A DNA stretch of 32,000 nt, taken from NCBI GenBank assembly GCA_938017685.1, contig CALIIL010000084.1, positions 2,089 through 34,088 on the forward strand, given 5' to 3'. The notes under the pieces were generated by a model, which saw only the letters and a list, made by a program, of their open reading frames with translations, did not search any database and was not told the DNA's origin. Positions 1-8,073 of this stretch are shown piece by piece. The position numbers and the translations under genes are program-made. This DNA is from an uncultured Chitinophagaceae bacterium. GTDB taxonomy: Bacteria > Bacteroidota > Bacteroidia > Chitinophagales > Chitinophagaceae. Positions within the stretch are counted from its first letter, which is position 1, and each line of letters begins with the position of its first letter.

Positions 1-136
1 TGATAGTTATTATATCTTGAGGTAAGCTATTGTTAGAACGCTGACTGTTCATCATTGGTAAATGAAATAATAAAAACGGAGAAAAAATAATTTCTAATAA
101 TATTTATTCGTCATTAACCGTTACAAATGGATAATA

Positions 137-144
137 TATATTTG
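137..144 (+). promoter_or_regulatory. Candidate Bacteroidota -7 promoter box TATATTTG (TAnnTTTG), 22 nt upstream of the GTG at 167
   Basis: Exact TAnnTTTG match in the correct orientation; no clear -33 TTTG seen. Confidence 0.35.
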
Positions 145-166
145 AAGCTATTATTGAATTTGTCTT

Positions 167-517
167 GTGAATAAATGTAAAATATGTAAAGCTGTATTGG
201 AGGGTCGCAGGGATAAAATATTCTGCTCAGTGGCCTGTAAAAATTATTATCATATTCATTTACGCTATGCAACGCGCAAGGCGGCCATTAGAATAAATGA
301 ATACCTTAAACGAAATCATGGGATACTCTTAGAATTTATTGGTAAAAATAAATCACAAGTAAAAGTGGCAAGAAATAAAATGGCCGATAAAAAATTTAGG
401 TTTAAATATCATACCCATACGCACATCAATAGTAAGGGCAAAACATTTCACTACATCTACGATTTGGCTTGGATGGAGTTCTCGGATGATGAGATATTGG
501 TGATTAGAAAACGCTAA
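167..517 (+). CDS. Small hypothetical protein with N-terminal four-Cys (zinc-ribbon-like) motif
   Basis: 116-aa ORF with GTG start. N-terminus reads CKICK...CSVACK (CxxC-x13-CxxxC); basic, with an HTHTH stretch. No family recognised. Confidence 0.5.
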   Translation: MNKCKICKAVLEGRRDKIFCSVACKNYYHIHLRYATRKAAIRINEYLKRNHGILLEFIGKNKSQVKVARNKMADKKFRFKYHTHTHINSKGKTFHYIYDLAWMEFSDDEILVIRKR

Positions 518-2514
518 GCCAAAATAGGCTCAACCCAAGCTTCATTCTCTTTTAATAGATTAATCAATTCATCTACTGCTACTTCACTTGGTATCGAACG
601 CTTTACAACCTCTTGTCCTTTGTACAACGTTATTTTTCCTACACCACTTCCAACATAACCAAAGTCGGCATCTGCCATTTCTCCAGGTCCATTTACAATG
701 CAACCCATGATGGCAATTTTTACTCCTTTCAAGTGATTGGTTCTTGCTCTAATTTTTGCCGTTGTTTCTTGCAGGTCAAAAAGCGTACGCCCACAACTTG
801 GGCAAGAGATATATTCCGTTTTAGAAATACGCGTGCGTGTAGCTTGTAATATGCCAAATGAATTGAGGTTGGCATCGGCGCAATCGCTTAGTATTTTATC
901 CAATGAGTAATCTACGCCCAATATTAATCCATCGCCAAAACCATCGAGTAATAATGCTCCAGCTTCAGTGGCGTAATGAATTAAGTGTTCATCAGGATTG
1001 CTATTTTTTGAATTAATAATAAATACAACAGGCGCTTTAATATCATGATGTACTAATTGAAGCATCTGATGTCTCAATTGCTTCATAGATAATTGTTCCG
1101 TGCTATACATAACGAGTACCACGGTTTTATCTGCTTTTATTTTATTGACAAACTCATCGTCTAATGTTTCGTGCGCTCCCAAATCAACAAAGTTCAAAGT
1201 GTCAGAGGTTGTTTCAGTTAAATACTGCGAACGCGTGAGGTACGGAAATACTTTGTCTTGCTTCTTAGCGTTGTCACCCTGAGCTTGTCGAAGGGTGTCT
1301 TGGTATGCTTTCCATTCGTCGTACCAAGTGATTATTCTTAATGTGCCAGGAACATGAAAGGCTGGCACTTTTTCAATAAATAAATAATCAGCGGCAAAGT
1401 CGCTCACGTTCCATTTGTCTAAGGAGGCATCGTAAGTATATCCAATGGCTTGTAAATCTTCGGCCGTTGTATTTTTTAATTTTCCATAGTCTCCAACAAC
1501 AATGGGTACTTGCCCGCCGCCAATGTTTTGAACAGCGTAGGTATTTCGTCTTTGATAATTAAAGGGGTCATAATGCTTCTCGGCTTCGCTCGAAGTGACT
1601 GTGTCTGTATCATTGTCTGTTCGAGCAGATCCGAGAACACATTCATTAATTAAATCTGTACACACAGGCAGTTCAAATTCTGGATCTTCGGTTAGTGATA
1701 CACGAATGGTATCGCCCAAGCCATCTTTTAATAAGGTGCCAATACCTACGGCACTTTTTATTCTGCCATCTTCTCCATCACCTGCTTCGGTTACACCCAG
1801 GTGTAATGGGTAGCATACGTCAAACTCTTCCTGCATTTTTTGCACCAACAAACGATAAGCTTGCACCATCACTTGTGGGTTAGAGCTTTTCATACTCAAT
1901 ACAATATTATGGTAGTCTTGGCTGCGCGCTATGCGCAAAAACTCCAATGCGCTTTCTACCATGCCAATAGCTGTATCGCCAAAGCGGCTCATGATACGAT
2001 CACTTAGCGAACCATGATTGGTACCAATGCGCATGGCCGTACCATGCTCTTTACAAATAGTTACTAATGGAATGAACTTCTCACTAATTCTATCCAACTC
2101 TTCTTGGTAAGAAGCGTCGGTGTATTCGTGTGTTTCAAATTTCTTTTTATCGGCATAGTTGCCAGGGTTTACTCTAACTTTTTCTACAATCTTAGCTGCA
2201 ATCTCGGCAGCGTTGGGTGTAAAGTGAATGTCTGCCACCAATGGAGTATCATAACCAGCCGCGCGTATGCCGTCTTTAATGGCTTGTAAGTTATGGGCTT
2301 CCTTTTTAGAAGGGGCCGTAATGCGTACCAATTGTGCGCCTGCTTTTATGCAACGAATACTCTCGGCAATGGTTGCTTCGGTATCCATAGTATCGGCTGT
2401 AGTCATGGTTTGTATGGCTATAGGGTGTCCATTCCCTATTTTCAATGAACCAATCGTTACTTCTTTGGTTTTAAGTCGCTTATATTTGCCGAGGCTTTCG
2501 CAGAATAATTGCAT
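514..2514 (-). CDS. ispG: 4-hydroxy-3-methylbut-2-en-1-yl diphosphate synthase (flavodoxin), long form with inserted domain
   Basis: 666-aa ORF. VRVNPGNY in the N-terminal barrel. C-terminal 4Fe-4S ligand motifs ISCPSCGRT and MGCIVNGPGE. A large insertion lies between the halves, as in Bacteroidota/Chlamydia/plant-type IspG. Confidence 0.95.
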   Translation of the reverse strand: MQLFCESLGKYKRLKTKEVTIGSLKIGNGHPIAIQTMTTADTMDTEATIAESIRCIKAGAQLVRITAPSKKEAHNLQAIKDGIRAAGYDTPLVADIHFTPNAAEIAAKIVEKVRVNPGNYADKKKFETHEYTDASYQEELDRISEKFIPLVTICKEHGTAMRIGTNHGSLSDRIMSRFGDTAIGMVESALEFLRIARSQDYHNIVLSMKSSNPQVMVQAYRLLVQKMQEEFDVCYPLHLGVTEAGDGEDGRIKSAVGIGTLLKDGLGDTIRVSLTEDPEFELPVCTDLINECVLGSARTDNDTDTVTSSEAEKHYDPFNYQRRNTYAVQNIGGGQVPIVVGDYGKLKNTTAEDLQAIGYTYDASLDKWNVSDFAADYLFIEKVPAFHVPGTLRIITWYDEWKAYQDTLRQAQGDNAKKQDKVFPYLTRSQYLTETTSDTLNFVDLGAHETLDDEFVNKIKADKTVVLVMYSTEQLSMKQLRHQMLQLVHHDIKAPVVFIINSKNSNPDEHLIHYATEAGALLLDGFGDGLILGVDYSLDKILSDCADANLNSFGILQATRTRISKTEYISCPSCGRTLFDLQETTAKIRARTNHLKGVKIAIMGCIVNGPGEMADADFGYVGSGVGKITLYKGQEVVKRSIPSEVAVDELINLLKENEAWVEPILA

Positions 2515-2518
2515 CTTA

Positions 2519-2526
2519 CAAATGTA
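2519..2526 (-). promoter_or_regulatory. Candidate -7 promoter box (TACATTTG on minus strand), 4 nt upstream of the ispG ATG
   Basis: Plus-strand CAAATGTA is the reverse complement of TAnnTTTG. It is part of a 14-mer also found upstream of the T9SS cargo gene. Confidence 0.4.
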
Positions 2527-2575
2527 ATTGTAAGAATGTTATTTAATAATCAAATTTTGCTATAGACTAATTTTT

Positions 2576-3478
2576 ATGAACTTTAAACTTATTATATTTT
2601 GTGTGCTACTCGGCCTTGTATCAAGCTGCAAGGTGCAAAATGTTATGGTTGCCAAAAAGGCTGTGTTGCAAAATGATAGTTTGATTAGTGAAAGTCAGGA
2701 GTTACTGGCACATGTGCAACAATTATATATAAACGGCCAGATTGATAGTGTATCACTTGTTGGGTATAAACAGGAATTAAACAACCTGCTAGAGCCTGCT
2801 GTAATACGCCAACGGAACATCAAGAAATTTAATGTCTTAACGGCTGATCCATTGAGCCGTATTGAAGAAAGAAGAACTATTGATGCGCTTAAAAAAACGA
2901 TGCCTAATTACAGTAAAGACATTGAGAAAGATGCAAGTGTATTGTCAAGTTTGGGTGGGTTGTTGTTAAGTAAAGAAACGTTTTTTAATAATGCAAAAGC
3001 ACATACTGTAGAAAAGAAGGCATATTACGATGTAGGGAAGTATGTCATTCCCTATAAAATAAAGCCGCAGGCTATGGAGGTGTACGCACCAATGGTTGAT
3101 AGTATTTTTATGATTGCTCAGAGTAAGCTTGATCAAAATACACAAGCGTATATTTTGATCTCTGGTTATGCAGATGCAAGTCCAATAATTGATAGTTCTG
3201 AATTATATAATGATTTGCATTTTAGAATGGGAAGAAAAGACATTACCTATGATGAAATGAAAATGTACATCTCTCATTTAAGGTGTTACGATATTGCAAG
3301 TATAATTGAAACCCTGATTAGCCAAAAAAGAAAGGTGTTTGGAGGTATGAAAAACTTGAAAATAGATATTGACCGAGAGGGTTTTGGAATAAGCAAGCCG
3401 CATAGCGCCATAGAGTACCAAGCTATTGATGAAAGGCGCCGTACGGTGCATGTACAGTGGTATATTCTAAGCCAATAA
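2576..3478 (+). CDS. Lipoprotein with a weak OmpA/MotB-like C-terminal domain
   Basis: Signal peptide with lipobox LVSSC. The C-terminal region ILISGYADASPI ... ISHLRCYDIASIIETL ... GFGISKP ... RRRTVHVQ loosely follows the OmpA-like peptidoglycan-binding pattern. Confidence 0.55.
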   Translation: MNFKLIIFCVLLGLVSSCKVQNVMVAKKAVLQNDSLISESQELLAHVQQLYINGQIDSVSLVGYKQELNNLLEPAVIRQRNIKKFNVLTADPLSRIEERRTIDALKKTMPNYSKDIEKDASVLSSLGGLLLSKETFFNNAKAHTVEKKAYYDVGKYVIPYKIKPQAMEVYAPMVDSIFMIAQSKLDQNTQAYILISGYADASPIIDSSELYNDLHFRMGRKDITYDEMKMYISHLRCYDIASIIETLISQKRKVFGGMKNLKIDIDREGFGISKPHSAIEYQAIDERRRTVHVQWYILSQ

Positions 3479-4363
3479 GTTGTGCATGCAAGATGCGAGG
3501 TCAGCATGTTTAAATGTATAGCCAGCGTCTACTATTTTATCAGAAACTACATGGCTACTTTTTAATACTTCTATAGCGAGCTCTCCCATAATTATTTTGA
3601 GCATGAAGGCGGGTGCATGTACGGCAATCCAATAGTTTTTTTCTGCTTTAATGGCTTTAAATACATCGGTCATGCTTGATTTTTGAGGAGCTGCCGCATT
3701 GAAAACACCCGTTATTTTATGTTCATATAAATGAAGAAATATGCCGGCTACATCTTGCACATGTATCCACGGAAAAATTTGCTTGCCATTACCGGGTATG
3801 CCTACAAACTTAAAGGGTAGTGTGGCCACAAATTTGGGAAAGGCGCCATCTCCTTGGCCCAGCACCACGCCGATTCGTACAATGCTTGTTTTAATATTCA
3901 GTTTTTCAAACTGAGTGGCACCTTGTTCCCATGCTTGGCAGGTGGTCGATAGAAAGGATTCGTCTGGAGGTGTATGTTCGGTTAGTGCTCCATTAGCATT
4001 TCCATAAAAACCAATAGCTGATGCGGATAAAAGATGGTCACATTCGATACGCTGTTCACTACATAAACGATACAGCGTATTTAATATGTCTGTACGGCTT
4101 TTTAGCACACGCTCTTTATGGGCATCGCTCCAGCGTTCGTTGGCTATATTTTCTCCCGCAAGGTTTATGATGGTATATTTTTTACCATTGACCTGCTCAT
4201 GTACATAATGTTCTTTGGGCATCCAATGGATATAGTGTTTGTTGTTGGCAGCGAGTTGTTCTTGTCTGGTTAATATGTATACGTTGCAACCTTTCTTTTC
4301 TAATGCGGCTACTAGTTGTGTGCCTATAAATCCTGTTCCGCCTGTTATTAATATATTGTCCAT
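3467..4363 (-). CDS. NAD(P)-binding epimerase-family protein (YfcH/TIGR01777-like)
   Basis: 298 aa with N-terminal Rossmann motif ILITGGTGFIGTQL. Length and C-terminal region are typical of the YfcH-type SDR-like family (recalled, not searched). Confidence 0.75.
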   Translation of the reverse strand: MDNILITGGTGFIGTQLVAALEKKGCNVYILTRQEQLAANNKHYIHWMPKEHYVHEQVNGKKYTIINLAGENIANERWSDAHKERVLKSRTDILNTLYRLCSEQRIECDHLLSASAIGFYGNANGALTEHTPPDESFLSTTCQAWEQGATQFEKLNIKTSIVRIGVVLGQGDGAFPKFVATLPFKFVGIPGNGKQIFPWIHVQDVAGIFLHLYEHKITGVFNAAAPQKSSMTDVFKAIKAEKNYWIAVHAPAFMLKIIMGELAIEVLKSSHVVSDKIVDAGYTFKHADLASCMHNLLA

Positions 4364-4437
4364 ATGATTGCTTTTGATAAATTAAGTCTATTCTAACACT
4401 ATAACCTTAGCAATATTATTATATTGCTTCTTAGAAC

Positions 4438-5880
4438 ATGAGATTATATCATATCATAATATGCATTGTCATAAGTTTTGTCTATGCCAAGCCTGCGGTG
4501 GGGCAAGATTTATTGTATAGCGAAACGGAAAGAGCCAATGGCGCTATTGAAGAAGTGCAGGTCGTTGGTATGCTTAAGGAAAAGCTTGTGACCTATGTTA
4601 GAAGAGGTAATATAGCTAAGTTGATTTGGTATAACTTAAACTTAGATCGCTATGGTTATTCTTTGTTAGACTTTTATTCTAATAATGTGTCTGATATTAA
4701 CTTGAGTATTGTTGATGATGAAGTGCATATTTTTTATCAAGTGCGCGAAAAAAGAATGTTGAAATTATATGCCACTAAAATTTACGACAGAGACGATACC
4801 TTTAAACCAGTGCTATTGGATAGTATTCCGTTAAAAGGAGTATTTGATAAGACTAAGTTTGAGATTGTTCATAATGAGAAGGGTAAAAAACACTTTTATG
4901 GATTGGTAAGCAATATTGCTGGAGAGGATAAGTTATACATTAATCATACAGTATTAAATGGTGCTTATGAAATGGTGCAACGTTATGAGCAAGCGTTAGA
5001 TGTTACGCGCCGTTACGAGTTAATAGAAATGAATGTTGATAAGACAGGCAAGTTCTATAGTCTTATTGGTGAGTTGCGTGGTACCAAAAAGAATTATGAA
5101 GAGCTTGCCTTACTTACGAGGAGTGTGGGTGAGAATCAAGTAAGCAACCTAGCTATTGATTTAAAGAATTATGCTTATAGTGGTCTGAAGTCTCGCTTTG
5201 ATGATAATGAGTCTCACCTATATTTTGGAGGATTATTCCATAGGACAAGAAATGCGGAGCCGGAGGGTGTAGTCGCGTTGGTGTATAGCCGGAGCCAAAA
5301 TAAAGTAATTAGACAACATGTATCTCCAATTGTATTGCAAGGGAATATTGGCAGTAATGTGCTTTCTCATTTAAAACTAAGAGGTATACGCATTGTTGCG
5401 GATAATGGCTTTGAGATAGTTGCTGAGAAGTCTTACGTGGAGTCTCGTAACATGGGCACGTCCATCGGATTTATGAGTCCGATGGGTGGTATGTCTCCGG
5501 CGGGGAATCGAATAGAAAATATTTATCATGACCAAGACATCTATGTGTTTAATATGAAAGCCGATGGCAGCTTGCATTGGACGCAGACAGTTATGAAAAA
5601 CCAAGAGTCTAGACAAGATAACGGAGCTTTTTCATCCTTTGCGACCTTGGAGCATCCAATAGGTGCCGTTTATTTGTTTAATGAAATGGGTAATAATGGT
5701 CGTGTAATCACTTCCTATATCTCCAATAGTGGAGAGCTAAGTCTCAAACAGCTTCCTGGAGCAAGTAATAATGATAATAGACAGTTTATACTACGAGGGG
5801 CGCAGCAAATAAGTAAAGATGTATTAATAGCGCCCGCTATTTCTAAAGGAGACCTTAGCTTTGTAAAAATATCTTTTTAA
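4438..5880 (+). CDS. Hypothetical secreted or membrane-anchored protein
   Basis: 480-aa ORF with hydrophobic N-terminus (IIICIVISFVYAKPAVGQ). No recognisable motifs. First gene of a tightly packed five-gene plus-strand block. Confidence 0.7.
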   Translation: MRLYHIIICIVISFVYAKPAVGQDLLYSETERANGAIEEVQVVGMLKEKLVTYVRRGNIAKLIWYNLNLDRYGYSLLDFYSNNVSDINLSIVDDEVHIFYQVREKRMLKLYATKIYDRDDTFKPVLLDSIPLKGVFDKTKFEIVHNEKGKKHFYGLVSNIAGEDKLYINHTVLNGAYEMVQRYEQALDVTRRYELIEMNVDKTGKFYSLIGELRGTKKNYEELALLTRSVGENQVSNLAIDLKNYAYSGLKSRFDDNESHLYFGGLFHRTRNAEPEGVVALVYSRSQNKVIRQHVSPIVLQGNIGSNVLSHLKLRGIRIVADNGFEIVAEKSYVESRNMGTSIGFMSPMGGMSPAGNRIENIYHDQDIYVFNMKADGSLHWTQTVMKNQESRQDNGAFSSFATLEHPIGAVYLFNEMGNNGRVITSYISNSGELSLKQLPGASNNDNRQFILRGAQQISKDVLIAPAISKGDLSFVKISF

Positions 5881-5883
5881 TTC

Positions 5884-6873
5884 GTGCTACTCCTTTTTAA
5901 GCGTAACGACTTTCCTGCCTTTTTTATATTGGTGTTTTTTACCTTTCTGGTAAGGCTCGTCTATTTTATTGAAGTACCCAGTGTAGAGGATTTAGGTTTG
6001 TTTTATCAAAGTTCATTTTATAATTGGGACTGGTTGTTGGCTTTTTATAAATGGTCGCCACGCTTTTATTTACTACTGTCCACACTCTTTTGGTTAATAT
6101 TTGCTACCTATTTTAAGTATGTTATTGTATCAGAGAAGCTCATTGGTAAGAAGAGTTTTATCCCAGCGATGGCTTTTATCCTATTTGCATCCGTCTTGCC
6201 TAGTTTTGTTATCTTCTCGGTGCAAGCATTGAGTGCCTTGTTGCTTTTTATAGCTTTTGCGCAATCTATTCGTACACAGTATAATTTAAAATCAGCCTCG
6301 CATTACTTTATTATTGGTTTGTTGGTGGGCTTGGCAGCTTTATTGTATTGGCCTAGTACGCTGTTTATATTAGCTATTTTTTGGTTCTTATTGAGTATGC
6401 GCATATTTGTTTTGCAGGAGTATGTTTCTTTGCTTTTGGGTTTTGTCTTACCGCTGTATTTATTTGTAAGCCTGTATTATGTGTTGGTGGGCGAGTTTTT
6501 CTGGGGTAAGCTTTTGTCTTTAACCCTTATGTTTCCGATACAACTCATTAATAATTGGTCTGTTATGCTGTTGTCAGTGTTATCCATTTTCATTCTCTTA
6601 TATGGCTTATTCTTGGCGCGCCGTGGAATAACGGATAATAAGTTATTGGTTACTAAAAAGTGGAATGCGGTTACTGTCTATTTCATTTTTGGCTCTATCA
6701 TTGGTGCGGTATCTATCGTTTTTCCTTCAGTGAGCTGGATATTTTCTATCATCCCATTTAGTATAATATTAAGTTCTGCCCTTTCTAATAATCTTAAAAA
6801 ATATAATACATTTACGTTCTACTTAGTTATGCTGTCAGTTCTTGGCATTCAATGGCTAATTAGATTTTTATAA
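5884..6873 (+). CDS. Hypothetical polytopic inner-membrane protein
   Basis: 329 aa, about 9 hydrophobic segments. GTG start lies 3 nt after the upstream stop, and an in-frame TAA at 5878-5880 forbids an earlier start. Followed 7 nt later by purQ. Confidence 0.7.
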   Translation: MLLLFKRNDFPAFFILVFFTFLVRLVYFIEVPSVEDLGLFYQSSFYNWDWLLAFYKWSPRFYLLLSTLFWLIFATYFKYVIVSEKLIGKKSFIPAMAFILFASVLPSFVIFSVQALSALLLFIAFAQSIRTQYNLKSASHYFIIGLLVGLAALLYWPSTLFILAIFWFLLSMRIFVLQEYVSLLLGFVLPLYLFVSLYYVLVGEFFWGKLLSLTLMFPIQLINNWSVMLLSVLSIFILLYGLFLARRGITDNKLLVTKKWNAVTVYFIFGSIIGAVSIVFPSVSWIFSIIPFSIILSSALSNNLKKYNTFTFYLVMLSVLGIQWLIRFL

Positions 6874-6880
6874 TTGAAAT

Positions 6881-7570
6881 ATGAAATTTGGAGTAGTTGT
6901 TTTCCCAGGATCTAATTGTGATCAAGATATGCATGACGCGCTAGCGCATGATTTAGGCCAAGAAGTAAAAATGCTGTGGCATAAGGATAAAGACATTTCT
7001 GATTTTACAACAGATGACTGTATAGTATTACCAGGCGGTTTCTCTTATGGAGATTACTTGCGTTGTGGTGCCATGGCTCGCTTTAGCCCTATTATGGAGA
7101 GCGTTATAGCGTTTGCTAATAAGGGAGGTAAAGTGTTAGGCGTGTGTAATGGTTTTCAGGTATTGTGTGAGGCTGGTTTATTACCCGGTGCATTGCTGGC
7201 TAATGATCATCAGAAGTTTGTTTGTAAAAACATTTACTTAAAGAAAGAAAGTGCCAATACATTGGTCACTAGTGGTGTCAATGGCTCGGCAATTAAAATA
7301 CCTATTGCACATGGCGAAGGGCGCTACTATGCTGATGAAGCAACCATTGCTGAATTAAATGCCAATGATCAAGTGCTATTCACTTATTGTGATGAAAGTG
7401 CTGCGATAAACAAAGAAGCAAATCCTAATGGCTCATTAGAGAATATTGCAGGAATTACGAATAAAGCTAAAAATGTATTTGGCATGATGCCTCACCCAGA
7501 GCGCGCTTGTAGTGAAGTATTGGGTAATATAGACGGCCGTAAGGTATTTGAAGGCTTAATAAATCAATAA
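6881..7570 (+). CDS. purQ: Phosphoribosylformylglycinamidine synthase, glutaminase subunit
   Basis: 229 aa. Class-I amidotransferase nucleophile elbow GVCNGFQ and MMPHPERA His/Glu motif. Confidence 0.93.
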   Translation: MKFGVVVFPGSNCDQDMHDALAHDLGQEVKMLWHKDKDISDFTTDDCIVLPGGFSYGDYLRCGAMARFSPIMESVIAFANKGGKVLGVCNGFQVLCEAGLLPGALLANDHQKFVCKNIYLKKESANTLVTSGVNGSAIKIPIAHGEGRYYADEATIAELNANDQVLFTYCDESAAINKEANPNGSLENIAGITNKAKNVFGMMPHPERACSEVLGNIDGRKVFEGLINQ

Positions 7571-7574
7571 ATTT

Positions 7575-8063
7575 ATGCGAAACTTAATTTTACTTTTGTT
7601 CATATCAATATGTATTTCATGTAGTGCTCAAAAGGCGGCTAAAGTCAGTGAGAAATCCGAAAATATAATGTCAACATCAAAAGATCAGGCCATACCTATC
7701 GCTAGTTGGGCATTTACTAAAGAGAAATCAAATGCTCCCAATGAGTATGTAATAACGGCTAAGCTGCTTTTGGCTAAGCACTGGCACATCTTCGATTTTG
7801 AGCCAGGAGGTGATGGCTTGTTAATCGCGCCAAAATTTAATTTTGATAACGATCAAGTTAAGCTTATAAAGAAAGAAGCCGTTGGTGAAATAATAAATTC
7901 TCAAATTAGTGGCATGGGTAATGTGCGCTATTATGAAAACGAAGTAAGTTTTAAGGTGTTCATACGTTCTAATACAGAAGCGATTAGTGGTTCAGTCTAT
8001 TATCAATTATGTGATGAGCAAAAATGTATGGCACCAACCGAAGAACCATTTAATCTCAAATAA
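7575..8063 (+). CDS. Stand-alone DsbD N-terminal (alpha) domain-like lipoprotein
   Basis: 162 aa with lipobox ISCSAQ. HWHIFDFEPGGDGLLIAPKF and YYQLCDEQKCMAP are paralogous to the N-terminal domain of the next gene. Confidence 0.75.
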   Translation: MRNLILLLFISICISCSAQKAAKVSEKSENIMSTSKDQAIPIASWAFTKEKSNAPNEYVITAKLLLAKHWHIFDFEPGGDGLLIAPKFNFDNDQVKLIKKEAVGEIINSQISGMGNVRYYENEVSFKVFIRSNTEAISGSVYYQLCDEQKCMAPTEEPFNLK

Positions 8064-8073
8064 TTATTAGTTT

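Noticed and set aside
1-55. Open minus-strand frame from the ATG at 53-55 running off the left edge (MMNSQRSNNSLPQDIITI...)
   Set aside because: Only 18 codons are visible, which is not distinguishable from chance, and no motif is present.
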